Origin: Octopus vulgaris
Taxonomy: Eukaryota
Direction: 5' to 3'
NCBI GenBank assembly: GCA_951406725.2
Contig: OX597820.1
Coordinates: forward strand, 73,532,001 to 73,596,000
DNA: 64,000 bases
Shown here piece after piece: positions 1 through 11,765 of this stretch (its first letter is position 1; each line of letters opens with the position of its first letter). The notes beneath the pieces are model-generated. The model did no database searches and had not been told where the DNA came from. It saw nothing but the letters and a program-made list of their open reading frames with translations. The position numbers were made by a program, and so were the translations under genes.

Positions 1-127
1 AAAAAAAGAAGAAAAATGTTAATGAATTTTTCCAATAAATATATTAGCACTTCATTAATGTCAGATCTATTGTCAATGTTAGGCTCCCTAAATACCATTT
101 TCTCAGAATCAATAAGATTCCTGGGGA

Positions 128-800
128 ATAATCATCATCATTATCATCATCATCATCACTATGGCCATCATTACCACCACCACCATCACTATGACTACCA
201 TAATCATCATCATTATCACCACCACCACCACCACCATGATGATCATCATCATCATTACCATCATCACTACCATCATCACCACCACCACCACCACTCTCAT
301 CATCACCACCATCATCATCACCATCATCATCATCATCATCATCACCACCACCACCACCATCACCACCACCACCATCATCATCATCGCTATGACCATCACC
401 ACCACCTTCATCTCCATGACGACGACCATTACTACATCCATTACTTTGGCCACCATAGTCATAATCATCATCGTTACCATCATCATTACCATCATGGCCA
501 CCACTATCATCATCATCATCATCATCATCCTCATGCAATTTGATGGACGAGTGTATAATACTCTCATTCATCAACTATTTCTAGAATTTGTCAATTCGTC
601 AGTCAACCTTATCTTTTGTAGCCGATCACAGCTAGCATCTTGCCACTACCACCACCACGATCACCACCACCACCACCATCATCATCACCACCACCACCAT
701 CACCACCTCCACCATCATCACCACCGCCATCATCCCACCACCATCATCATTGCCGCCACCACCTCCACTACCTTCATCACTGCCACCACCACCACCACCA
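128..800. repeat. Degenerate (CAT/CAC)n microsatellite
   Basis: Trinucleotide tract that produces the poly-His/Thr/Asp ORFs. Confidence 0.95.
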
Positions 801-1066
801 AATATCACAGGCATGGCTGTGTAGTTAAGATCTTCGGTTCACAACCTCATGGCTTTAGGTTTGCTCCATGTTGATACCAACTTGAAATAATGTCTTTGTA
901 GCAGACAGCAGCATCACATTGTCCTTGATGTTGACACTGGGATATTTGACCACTAAATAATATATACATCTTCATTCAGATATCTTTTTTTATTAATGCT
1001 TATTATCTGTACATTAAATACATTATTTAAATTAGATGGATATTTGTTCTCATCTTGTTTGTTGTT

Positions 1067-1112
1067 AACACAACGTTTCAGCTGATATACCTTCCAGTCT
1101 TCATCAGGTGTC
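1067..1112 (-). ncRNA. Minimal type I hammerhead ribozyme motif, family A
   Basis: gacac-CUGAUGA-a-gacuggaagguauaucagcu-GAAA-CG-UU-guguu. Helix I is gacac/guguu, helix III is the palindrome ACGU, and the triplet is GUU. Helix II is partly decayed. Confidence 0.72.
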
Positions 1113-1178
1113 TTGGCTAAATTTCAAACCTGGGTTCTCATTCCTAAGGTATTTTTCAATATTGTTATTATTATTATT

Positions 1179-1694
1179 GAGTGAGAGAGCAGTTCATGCC
1201 ATCAAAGTGACACTGGGGTAAAATATACGAAGCCCAATATACCCATCATGACTACCCGTCTGATAAGGGTACACCAGGCACATGCATCACAACCATATGT
1301 GCGCGACATGGTCATCTCATATCAAGATAAACAGCACATGACCTTGCAGGTGGGGCCCCAGTTAGAATTTTCTTCAGGTTGAGTAGCTCATCCCACTCAA
1401 AAGGTCCCTGAATAAGGGTTGTTTAAGGATGTTGAAAGAACCACCCATGTTTCCAGAGGTGAACTATTCAAACCCCAAAGAATACCTCTCAACACATGGC
1501 TATGATGCTCCCCCACTACTTCTGCTCGTGATCAGAGATGCACATATCATCAGCCACTAAGGGAAATGCTCAACCGGTTACAGTCAAACAACTGACAAGC
1601 AAATCTGTGGTATTGAGCAGAATATTTGCTGTAGCCCATCTTTTATACCAAGACAAAACAATGTACATGATAACACTTCCAATCAGTTAAGATC
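1179..1694 (-). mobile_element. 516-bp insertion in an (AAT)n tract, probably the 3' UTR of a TAA-repeat-targeting non-LTR element
   Basis: Splits the (AAT)n linker of SINE copy A, is absent from copy B, and has ATT repeats on both sides. Strand and class are inferred. Confidence 0.6.
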
Positions 1695-1712
1695 TTATTA
1701 TTATTATTATTA

Positions 1713-1772
<60 letters not shown>

Positions 1773-2159
1773 TCACTGCTTGGAATCAAACTCGGAATCT
1801 AGGGGTTAGTAGCCCGCGCTCTTAACCACTATGCCATATGCCCGTGGTGAAGTGGTTATGAGTGCAGGCTACTAACCCCAAGATTCTGAGTTCGATTCCA
1901 GGCAGTTAGTGGATTCAGTGGACAGAAACTGAAAGAAGCCTGCCATGTGTGTGTGTATGTGTGTGTATTTGTCTGTGTGTGTGTGTGTACCCTTGTCTAG
2001 ACATCATGTGCTGTTTGTAAATGTATACAAGCAATGTTGTTGATTTCCAGTCTTCTTTGAAAAACATGGGGAAATATTACTTTGGTTGGTGACAGGAAGA
2101 GCATCCAGCTGTAGAAAATCTGACTCAATGAATCCCATTCGAACCATGCTAATATGAAA

Positions 2160-2490
2160 CTGCCACTCTGTCAGTTATGATGACAAGGGTTCCAGGTGAT
2201 TCAATCAACGGAACAGTCTGCTCAAGAAATTAATGTGAAAGTGGCTGAGTATTCCACAGACACAGATATTCTTAATGTAATTCTCAATGAGATTCAGTAT
2301 AACATAGAATGTGACAAGGCTGGCCCTTTTGAATTACAGGTAATACTCCTTTTTGCCAGCTGAGTGGAGTGGAGTGGAGTGGAGCAATGTGAAATAAGGT
2401 ATCTTGCTCAAGGACACAGTGGCCCTGCCAGGAACTGAACTCGTGACCACATGATTATGAGCCAAACATCCCTAACCACTAAACCACATG
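2160..2490 (-). mobile_element. SINE with a CORE-like central domain
   Basis: tccttgagcaaga...tttcacattgctcca...cactcagctg, also near 10095-10260, 15580-15780 and 53085-53220. Confidence 0.7.
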
Positions 2491-2574
2491 CTTTAACACA
2501 AGCATGGAAAAGTATATGGTAAATGACAATGACACCGACAACAACAGCAGTGGAGTCACAATGGCCCAGATTGG

Positions 2575-2720
2575 AAGAAGGAGGAGGGGGGAAGAGGAGG
2601 AGGAGGAGGAGGAGAAGAAGGAGAAGAAGAAGAAGAAGAAGAAGAAGAAGAAGAAGAAGAAGAAGAAGAAAAAGAAGAAGAAGAAGAAGAAGAAGAAGAA
2701 GAAGAAGAAGAAGAAGAAGA
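2575..2720. repeat. (GAG)n/(GAA)n polypurine tract
   Basis: Direct reading. Confidence 0.95.
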
Positions 2721-3716
2721 CAGCAACTTTTTCCTTCAGACTAAACCAATAAAAAAATTTGGGTTGAAATAATCAATACAATGCCTTCAAGATGGTGCCT
2801 CAGAAGGTTGCCAACTAGGTTGGTGATGAGGACTAACAAAAGGAAAAAAAAACTCTCAAAGTGTGTTGGGGAGTTTCTAGTATTTATTCAGATGAATATT
2901 TCTATTGATGGATCAATAATGTATTCATTGAGCAAGTCACAGATGTAATTGATGAGAGAGAAACACTTATGATTGAGTAGGGTGACATTTTGACTTTCAA
3001 TAAACCAATACACGTAGGTGTGTATGTGCAGTATTTGTGCATGTGTGCATTTGTGTGTTTGTGTGTGTATAAACCTACATAGTTGACTTACAAGCATGAC
3101 AACTTTACCTATTTCTCTGTGGATTGTTAAAATAATAAACAGCCTAAATCTATTGCTGACCCTTTATCGGGTCTCAAGAAATAGAGCTACTAATTTGGAT
3201 AATTTATGTACTTAATGCTCTATTTAATACCAGAGGCCTGTCAAGGTGGATTCTAGTCCAAGCTGTATCAAGGTTTAATATAATATGTGTAAACCTATAT
3301 AGGAGACATGCAAACATGTTGAGTTTAACTATTTTGCAGTAGATTGAAAAAATAACGAATGACAGGCTTAATTGATTTTCAACTCTTATTAGGGTCACAC
3401 CAGTGGAGTGTACATCACTTGACCACACCCAGAGAAACAGGTCGGCAATCCATTTATGTACATAACAAATCTTTTAGCTCCACAGAAGTGGAACTGATAA
3501 TTTGCATGCTATAAGTGTTTAACAAGCCTCTTTAATATCAGAGGCCTTTTTATCAGCAGGGAGCCCAGTTCACACAGTATTTGTAGTATCAAGGCATGAT
3601 ATATGTAAACATACCATATACATATATATATAAGGATAAGATCGTTAATTTAAATTAAAGAACGATCTTATCAAGTGGCCAGCATAGAAATAAAAACTTT
3701 CAAAGATAATAATTAT

Positions 3717-3905
3717 TATTAAAATTATAATTTAGGGTATCTACGAGATACCGCCATGCTGAAAAATAGCAGCCAAAATCTGACTCTAAAACCACATTAA
3801 ATGTTTTGTTCTGTATGAACATTTAATGTGGTTTTAGAGTCAGATTTTGGCTGCTATTTTCAGCATGGCGGTATCTCGTAGATACCCTAAATTATAATTT
3901 TAATA
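3717..3905. repeat. Near-perfect palindrome (about 88-bp arms, 12-nt loop)
   Basis: 3717-3805 is the reverse complement of 3818-3905 apart from one indel in an A run. Confidence 0.95.
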
Positions 3906-3912
3906 TTGGCTG

Positions 3913-4123
3913 TTGCCAGTATTGCCAGATTGGCACTCATGCAGGTGGCACGTAAAAGCCCCCATTACACTCTCGGAGTGGTTGGCATTAGGAAGGGCAT
4001 CCAGCTGTAGAAACTCTGCCAGATCAGACAGGAGCCTGGCACAGCCATCTGGTTTGCCAGTCCTCAGTCAAATCGTCCAACCCATGCTAGCATGGAAAGT
4101 GGACGTTAAACGGTGATGATGAT
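3913..4123 (+). mobile_element. Representative short RTE 3' UTR-derived element with (GAT)n tail
   Basis: Motif gagtggttggcgttaggaagggcatccagctgtagaaa...acccatgctagcatggaaag...gacgttaaacgatgatg, shared with the RTE 3' end. Other copies near 23200-23450, 29150-29327, 38845-39177, 41290-41457, 43112-43505, 46775-47055, 59215-59390, 60758-61064 and 62888-63362. Confidence 0.85.
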
Positions 4124-4336
4124 ATATTAAAAGGTATAATGAATAAGCACTCCAATTGGTCAAAACAACTTTATATCATTCCCAAATCACCAAAAATCGA
4201 ATATAAATATATATTAAAATAATAGGGCATCCAATGGTAAAACACAATAGTATAAAATATTCACATATACATGAATAAAAGGTCATAAAACAAACCTAAA
4301 AGGCTAATGCAAGTGAAGTCAAATAACGAAAAATAT

Positions 4337-4765
4337 AGGTGCAGGAGTGACTGTGTGGTAAGTTGCTTGCTTACCAACCACATGGTTCCGGGTTCAGTCC
4401 CACTGCATGACACCTTGGGCAAGTATCTTCTACTATAGCCTTGGGCCGACCAAAGCCTTGTGCCGACCAAAGCCTTGTGAGTGGATTTGGTAGATGGAAA
4501 CTGAAAGAAGCCTGTCGTATATATGTGTGTGTGTGTGTGTGTGTGTGCGTATGTGTGTGCATATGTTTGTGTGTCTGTTTGTCCCCACAACATCGCTTGA
4601 CAACCGATGCTAGTGTGTTTACGTCCCTGTAAATTAGCAGTTCAGCAAAAGTGGTCGATAGAATAAGTACTAGGCTTCCAAAGAATAAGTCCTGAGGTAG
4701 ATTTGCTCGACTAAAGGCGGTGCTCCAGCATGGCCGCAGTCAAATGACTGGAACAAGTAAAAGAG
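4337..4765 (+). mobile_element. Representative of the most abundant tRNA-derived SINE family (internal TA/TG microsatellite)
   Basis: Head ggagtggctgtgtggtaag...gggttcagtccc and tail ggcggtgctccagcatggccgcagtcaaatgactgaaacaag. Other copies near 12580-12955(-), 16135-16555(-), 22108-22537(-), 28080-28523(-), 39177-39597(+), 43707-44092(+), 45812-46140(+), 50330-50708(-), 52330-52668(+) and 60530-61221(-). Confidence 0.88.
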
Positions 4766-5348
4766 AGAGAGAGAGAGAGAGAGAGTAGAGAGTAGGAATA
4801 AATTAATGCATAATAAAGGTGACTAAAAATTTAAGGCCTTGAAGCTAAAACAATATAAATATATAAAAATACAAGAGCATAAATATAAAAAAATAAAGTG
4901 TCACCTGAGCAGTTCCAGCTGCAATCCTATTTTTATTTTTGCTCTTTGATTTAACGAAATTACCTTTCGGTTTAACAAAGTCATAAAATTATCTTCTTAT
5001 ATATATATATATATAAATATGCAGAGAGAGAGAGAGGAGAAGGAAGGAAAGAAAAAATAGGAGTGAATTTAGATGTATATCACCTTTGGGACCAACTTGA
5101 TATAAACTTGAATCATTGCTCATTAATTCATGATCGCTGATTCGTTGATTGCAGCCCCTCCCCTTCTCAAGTTTCCATAGTTACAGTTAGCTAAACATGA
5201 AACAAAACAATGTGGAAGTATCTTTATTGTCTTGACTTCTTTGCTTGATGAAGAAATCTATGGATTACTCCCTAATACCCCGTTTTGCAAATCATCGTAA
5301 CAAAATGCACTCCCTACTGGCATACCAAATTATTACAATGAAAATCCC

Positions 5349-5817
5349 TTAACCCTTTAGCATTTAAACTGACCATATCTGGCCCAAATATTCTACCAGC
5401 ATTATATTCAAACCAACCAGATTGAGCCTATAACACATACCCTGCAATATCCTTTCTACAATAGGCATAAGGCCTGAAAGTTTGAGGAAGAGGCTAGTCA
5501 ATTATGTTGATACCCAGTGCGCAACTGGTACATATTTTATCGACCCCCCCCCCCCCGAAAGGATGAAAGGCAAAGTTGACCTTGGTGGAATTTGAACTCA
5601 GAACGTAAAGACAAATGAAATGCTGTTAAGCATTTTGTCTGGCTTGCAAATGATTCTGCCAGCTCACCGCTTTACCGACTGTACAATATCATTCTGAACG
5701 TATACAATCACAACATCGGAAAATCTCAGAGCTATGAGACAATGCCTGACGAATTCAAAGCAACATGAATAAATAAGCATTTCATTCGACAGAGTAATCT
5801 AAATACTGAAGGGTTAA
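5349..5817. mobile_element. TTAA-flanked piggyBac-type MITE with nested SINE
   Basis: TTAA-ccctttagcattta ... taaatactgaaggg-TTAA, with a SINE at about 5453-5672. Confidence 0.75.
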
Positions 5818-6533
5818 AAAAGCATGTCCTTTTTAAAGTACCAGCTGACCAAATTATACTAATCTGTGTGAGGAATACAGTGGCATAAGCTAACAAACGG
5901 AACAAGTTTATTAACTTATTAACATGACAAAATAACAGGAAACGAGAGAGAACAAAGCTGCTACTGATGTAGAAAAGTTTACAATTGACAACCATTATAA
6001 TGATGCCGATGTGAGTCAGCATTTGTTTTTTTTTGCTCAAAATTTATTCATTTCAGTTAGATTCTATCAGCTAATAGGAAGAGGGGTTCAGCGAAGTAAC
6101 AGTCATCCTGTTTTTGTTTTTTTTAATGGGCTGTCAACAAATTTTAATATATAACCCTTTTTTGTTTCCTCTTCTTTGTCTGCTGGTTGATTTTGAAGGC
6201 ATCTATAATATATGTATATATTATCATTTTAACCCTTTTAACCATATTTTCCAAGAAACCATACAACATATTTTGTTGAATCTTGTGAGGATCATTACAC
6301 CAATAATAAACATACATACACACTGGTTCTGTTTCACTTCTTTTATAACTAATCACTAAGTTAATCAATCAGGTTTGTCAAAGTCTGACAGTCGTGAGGT
6401 AGATCTCAAGTAGAAAGGTCATCCTATTGATGAGGCTACCAGTAATGTTGAAAGGACTTTGACAAATTTAGTTGATTGATTGAATGACCAAACAATTAGT
6501 GAAACAATGAATTAGTTAATTAGTTAAATGGTT

Positions 6534-6536
<3 letters not shown>

Positions 6537-6578
<42 letters not shown>

Positions 6579-7272
6579 TTAACGTCCACTTTCCATGCTA
6601 GCATGGGTTGGGCGATTTGAGTGAGGTCTGGAGAACCAGATGGCTGCACCAGGCTCCAATCTGATCTGGCAGAGTTTCTACAGCTGGATGCTCTTCCTAA
6701 CGCCAACCACTCCTAGAGTGTAGTGGGTGCTTTTACATGCCACCGGCACGAGGGCCAGTCAGGCGGTACTGGCAACAGCCACGCTCAAATGGTGCTTTTT
6801 ATGTGCCGCCTGCACAGGAGGCAGTCCAGCAGTACTGGCAACGACCTCGCTAAAATGTTTTCCCACGTGCTACACAAGTGCCAGTGAGGTGATGCAGGTA
6901 ACGATCATGCTCGAATGGTGCCTTTTATGTGCCACTGGCACGGAAGCCAGTTTATTGCTCTGGCAACAATCATGCTCGGATGGTGCTCTTAGCGCTCCAC
7001 TAACATGGATGCCAGTCATCAAATTTGATTTCGATTTCGATTTCACTCACCTCAACAGGTCTTCGCAAGCAGATTTAGTGTCCAATGAAGGAAAGGTATG
7101 CATAAGTGGGCTGGTTACACCCCTGGCATAAGCCATGAGGTTATGGTCTCACTTGGCTTGCCGAGTCTTCTCAAGCACAGCATATTTCCAAAGGTCTTGG
7201 TCACTAGTCATTGCTTTGGTGAGGCCCAATGTTTGAAGGTCATGCTTCACCACCTCATCCCAGGTCTTCCTG
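6537..7272 (-). mobile_element. Truncated RTE LINE 3' end of a related subfamily
   Basis: Minus strand encodes RKTWDEVVKHDLQTLGLT, followed by the homologous 3' UTR and a (GAT)n tail. Confidence 0.85.
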
Positions 7273-7620
7273 GTTAACCAACTGACTAATAATAATACTA
7301 TAGTCTATAGTCCCAGTACCCAACTGTTACTTACTTCATCAATCCCCAAAGGATGAAAGACAAAGTCAATCTTGGCAGAATTTGAAGCCAGAATATAAAG
7401 ACAGATAAACATTTTGTCTAGCTTGCTAATGATACTGCCAGATTGCTGCCTTCAGTTGACTAATGATAATAAAGAAGTGAAACAGAACCAGTGTGTGTGT
7501 TTATTATTGGCATAATGACTCTCTCAAAATACAACAAAGTTTGTTTCAAGGCACATTTTCATGTCTGGAATCTTGCAAACCAAATACAATAATGAAGCAT
7601 ATTGTATATGCTTTCCCATT

Positions 7621-9893
7621 ATCATCATCATCATCATCATCGTTTAGCGTCCGTTTTCCATGCTAGCATGGGTTGGACGGTTCTACTGGGATCTGTGAAG
7701 CCAGAAGGCTTCATCAGGCCCAGTCAAATCTGGCAGTGTTTCTACGGCTGGATGCCCTTCCTAACGCCAACCACTCCGTGAGTGTAGTGGGTGCTTTTTA
7801 CGTGCCACCCGCACAGGTGCCAGACAGAGTTGGCAAACGGCCACGAACGGATGGTGCTTTTTATGTGCCACCGGCACATGGGCCAGGCGAGGCTGGCAAT
7901 GGACACGAAACGGGGCGGTGCTGGCAACGGTCGCGAAACGGAAGGTTCTCTTACATGCCACCGGCACTGGTAACACATCTGCAATTTCCATTGATCGATT
8001 TCCATTCTGATCCTCACTTGCCTCAACGGGTCTTCACAAGTAGAGTTTCGACATGCCACCGGCACTGGTAACACATCTGCAATTTCCATTGATCGATTTC
8101 GATTCTGATCCTCACTTGCCTCAACGGGTCTTCACAAGTAGAGTATCGACATGCCACCGGCACTGGTAACACATCTGCAATTTCCATTGATCGATTTCGA
8201 TTCTGATCCTCACTTGCCTCAACAGGTCTTCACAAGTAGAGTTTTGTGTCCCAAGAAGGGAAGGTATGCATACGTAGGCTGGCTCCATCCCAAGTAGAAG
8301 GCCACGGGTTATGGACTCACTTGTCCTGCCGGGTCTTCTCGCGCACAGCACACTTCCAGAGGACTCAGTCTCTAGTCATTTCCTCAGTGAGACCTAAAGT
8401 TCGAAGGTCGTGCTTCACCACCTCGTCCCAGGTTTTCCTGGGTCTGCCTCTTCCACAGGTTCCCTCAACCGCTAGGGTGTGGCACTTTTCCACACAACTA
8501 TCTTCATCCATTCTCGCCACATGACCATACCAGCGCAATCGTCTCTCTTGCACACCACAACTGATGCTTCTTAGGTCCAGCTTTTCTCTCAAGGTACTTA
8601 CACTCTGTCGATTATGAACACTGACATTACACATCCATCGGAGCATACTGGCTTCATTTCTTGCGAGCTTACGCATATCCTCAGCAGTCACGGCCCATGT
8701 TTCACTGCCATGTAGCATGGCTGTTCGTACACACGCATCATACAGTCTGCCTTTCACTCTGTGCGAGAGGCCTTTTGTCACCAGCAGAGGTAAGAGCTCT
8801 CTGAACTTTGCCCAAGCTATTCTTACTCTAGCAGTTACACTTTCAGCACACCCGCCCCCGCTGCTGACTTGGTCACCTAGGTAACGGAAACTATCAACTA
8901 TTTCTAGTTTTTCTCCCTGGAAAGTGACGGAAGTTGGTCTCAGAGCATTTTCAGTGTTTATTGTTCCTGAGCATCTGCCACATACAAAAACCATCTTCCT
9001 AGTTAGCCTTCCTTTGACATTGCTGCACCTCTTATGTGTCCATAGCTTACACTTGGTGCATCTTATAGAGTTTCTACCTACACCTTTTCTACAGATCGAG
9101 CAGGGACATCTACCTGAAGGCGTTTGTGATTTGTCTACCTTCCTACTGATTACGACTTTGGTTTTAGCTAGATTGACTCTGAGGCCCTTCGATTCTAATC
9201 CTTGTTTCCACACCTGAAACTTCTCCTCCAGTTCTGATAGCGACTCAGCAATTAGAGCAAGGTCATCAGCATAGAGGAGCTCCCAAGGGCATCCTGTCTT
9301 GAATTCCTCCGTTATTGCCTGGAGGACTATGATAAATAGGAGGGGGCTGAGTACTGAGCCTTGGTGGACCCCTATCTCTACCCGGAATTCTTCACTGTAC
9401 TCGTTTCCAACCCTCACCCTACTAGCAGCGTCCCTATACATGGCCCACACAGCTCTCACTAACCATTCATCTATCCCTAGTTTCCTCATTGCCCACCAGA
9501 TAAGGGATCGGGGGACCCTGTCGAAGGCTTTCTCCATGTCAACAAAAGCCAGGTACAGGGGCTTATCTTTGGCTAGGTATTTCTCCTGCAGCTGCCTTAC
9601 CAGGAATATAGCATCAGTAGTACTTTTCCCTGGCACAAACCCAAACTGCATCTCATCTAAACTAACTCTCTCTCTAATTAGTTGGGCTATGACCCTCTCC
9701 GTAACCTTCATCACCTGATCCAACAGCTTGATACCTCTGTAGTTATTTGTATCTAGGGCGTCACCTTTACCTTTGTAGCAGTTGACTATTATGCTGCTAC
9801 ACCAGTCATTGGGTATGACTCCTTTGTGTATCACCTGATTAACTATATGGGTGACTAGGCTATAGCCGACACTACCAGACATTTTGAGCATAA
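7621..9893 (-). mobile_element. 5'-truncated RTE-clade LINE (RT, PHD-type finger, 3' UTR, (GAT)n tail)
   Basis: ORF 8365-9897 carries RT motifs NYRGIKLL, QFGF, FVDMEKAFDRV, GVHQGSVLSPLLF and LLYADD. RTE-type C-terminus RRLRWYGHVARM...RGRPRKTW. 3' UTR ends in (GAT)n near 7621. Confidence 0.93.
7953..8244. repeat. 98-bp tandem repeat x3 inside the RTE 3' UTR
   Basis: Unit acatgccaccggcactggtaacacatctgc... starts at 7953, 8051 and 8149. The sister copy has only two units (30798, 30896). Confidence 0.92.
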
Positions 9894-9897
9894 TCAC
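8365..9897 (-). pseudogene. RTE ORF fragment: reverse transcriptase plus Cys/His finger, endonuclease missing, premature stop
   Basis: 510 aa open frame. The TGA at 8365-8367 corresponds to CGA in the sister copy near 31112, which reads on to ...EKTRQDK. Confidence 0.88.
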
Positions 9898-10926
9898 AAG
9901 AAAATGGTTTTAGTGACATAATTAACAAAGTCTTTTGTAAGCTGGTGTTTAGAATGTATCATAAAAGCATCTTCTTATGTAATGGAATTAATTAAGATAT
10001 CAATTTCAAATTTTAGTACAAGGCCAGCAATTTTGGGTGAAGGAGTAAGTCAATTAAATTGAACCCAGAGTCCATGTATGTATGTGGCGGTGTGTGGACT
10101 AGTGGTTAGAGTTGTTACACTAATGACTAAGATTTCATTTCCTGGACAGGTGATGCATTGTGTCCTTGAGCAAGACACTTCATTTCACATTGCTTCCATC
10201 CACTCAGCTGAATAATTCTCTGACGGACTAGCGTCCCATCCAGGGACAGAACATAAATACCTACAGTACAGAAAGGACCTTTGATCTTTCTTTTGTATAT
10301 ATGTGTGTGTGTGAATGCATGTATGTGTGTGTGTGTGTGTGTGTATGTGTGTGTAATCCCTATCATTGTATCTATTAGAATTCTTTCCTTCAGTCAGTGC
10401 GAAATTTTTATGTAGTTACACATAATATATTCCCTTTTGTACTTGTCACTTTCATTTACTGGAATCTTGCAAAAAGATTGGGAATCCTTTTATTTGAAAT
10501 CTTCTAGAACTGGCCATTTTCTCTATTCATACATTTTTCATTTGCATCACGTTTTGGATGATTTTGTGTTTTTTTACTTCTATTTATTTATCATTTTTGC
10601 ATATGTCTGTGTGAACATATGCGTTTGCATAACAATTTTGTTCTAAATTTACCTTCAATGTTACTAAGTTTTGGTTAAAGAATCTTCTTGACGTCATAAT
10701 AAGAAACCATATTTTTTAACTATAAGAGGTCTCCATGTATAGTTCTTAAAAGAATGCATAAAAATTCTATAAAATAATGAACATAAACTAAAAGAACAAC
10801 TTATCTTGAAATCTTTGCTGTTGAAGAATTCAATAATATTAATATAATACAGAAATGATCAAAGAAATTCTCTTCAGAAAATTACTACTTCTAAATCTCA
10901 CATGAAGATATTCAGCAACAGTACTC

Positions 10927-11293
10927 TGTAGTAAAGATTGTTTACCAACATAACATGGTAATCCTGGTTTAGGACTAATGTTGCTGTAATTTAGCCCCAG
11001 GAGACATCGTCTCCAGCTGGTTATACGACATGATCTGTGTCCTTATATTTTTGAACAAAGGAATCTGTCACCCCCACTCAGCTCGAAATAATATCTGTTT
11101 ATAACCCAGAAATCACAATTTAGAGATATTGTTTTGAGCTGAGTGGGGGTGCTAGATTCCCTTGTTCGAAAATATAAGGACACAGATCATGTCGTAGAGC
11201 CAGCTGGAGACGATGTTTCCTGGGACTAAATTACAGCAACATTAGTCCTAAACCAGGACTGCCATGTTATGTTGGCAAATAATCTTTACTACA
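10927..11293. mobile_element. Foldback/MITE-like element with about 170-bp inverted arms
   Basis: tgtagtaaagatt...aatatct pairs with agatatt...aatctttactaca across a spacer of about 25 nt. Differences are mostly transitions. Confidence 0.85.
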
Positions 11294-11396
11294 AATTCTC
11301 TTCAGTTTGATCAAAACTATACAACAAATGTACATTTAGAAGAAAGAGAAATACACACAAAATAAATAGATTAATTAATTAATTAATTTATAAATA

Positions 11397-11678
11397 AACA
11401 AGAGCACTCAGAGAAAGTAAATCTTTGCCAAGGCAACACCAATGTCCTCTCAATGATTAGCCGGAGATGATTTTTAAAATGAGAATGCCTGAAATAAACT
11501 CGACTGCTCTCACAAACAAGAATACTAAAGATGAACCCAACCGCTCTCAAAAATTATGTAAAAAACAGGAACAATAATGCAGAATTATTGTCCGGTGCTG
11601 GATCGATCCCAAAATCTAATCAGTTCATGCCAGTCATGAGGTCAAACATCCCTGGAAGTTTCATCTGAATCCATCCAG
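11397..11678 (-). mobile_element. Truncated inverted copy of the same HINE-like element
   Basis: Diverged reverse complement of about 11855-12138. Confidence 0.75.
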
Positions 11679-11765
11679 TACTAGGTCTTCTCAGGTCCAA
11701 GTGCACTCAAACTGTTGAATATGAATATGCAAAAAGTTTCATTCAAAACTGCTTTGTGCCCCATT

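Larger units (their letters stand above)
1037..1843 (-). mobile_element. tRNA-headed SINE with (AAT)n linker and 3' hammerhead motif (copy A), interrupted by a nested insertion
   Basis: Head at 1770-1843 reads gggcatatggcatagtggttaagagcgcgggctactaacccctagattccgagtttgattcc (A and B boxes, anticodon arm). Body at 1037-1178 is colinear with 35500-35638. Confidence 0.82.

Noticed and set aside
16-874. Poly-His/Thr/Asp ORFs
   Set aside because: Several frames are open only because of the (CAT/CAC)n microsatellite. No domain or splice evidence.
1770-1843. Functional tRNA gene (apparent ACT anticodon)
   Set aside because: Acceptor stem is poor, there is no terminator, and it is fused to the same downstream body at two loci, so it is a SINE head.
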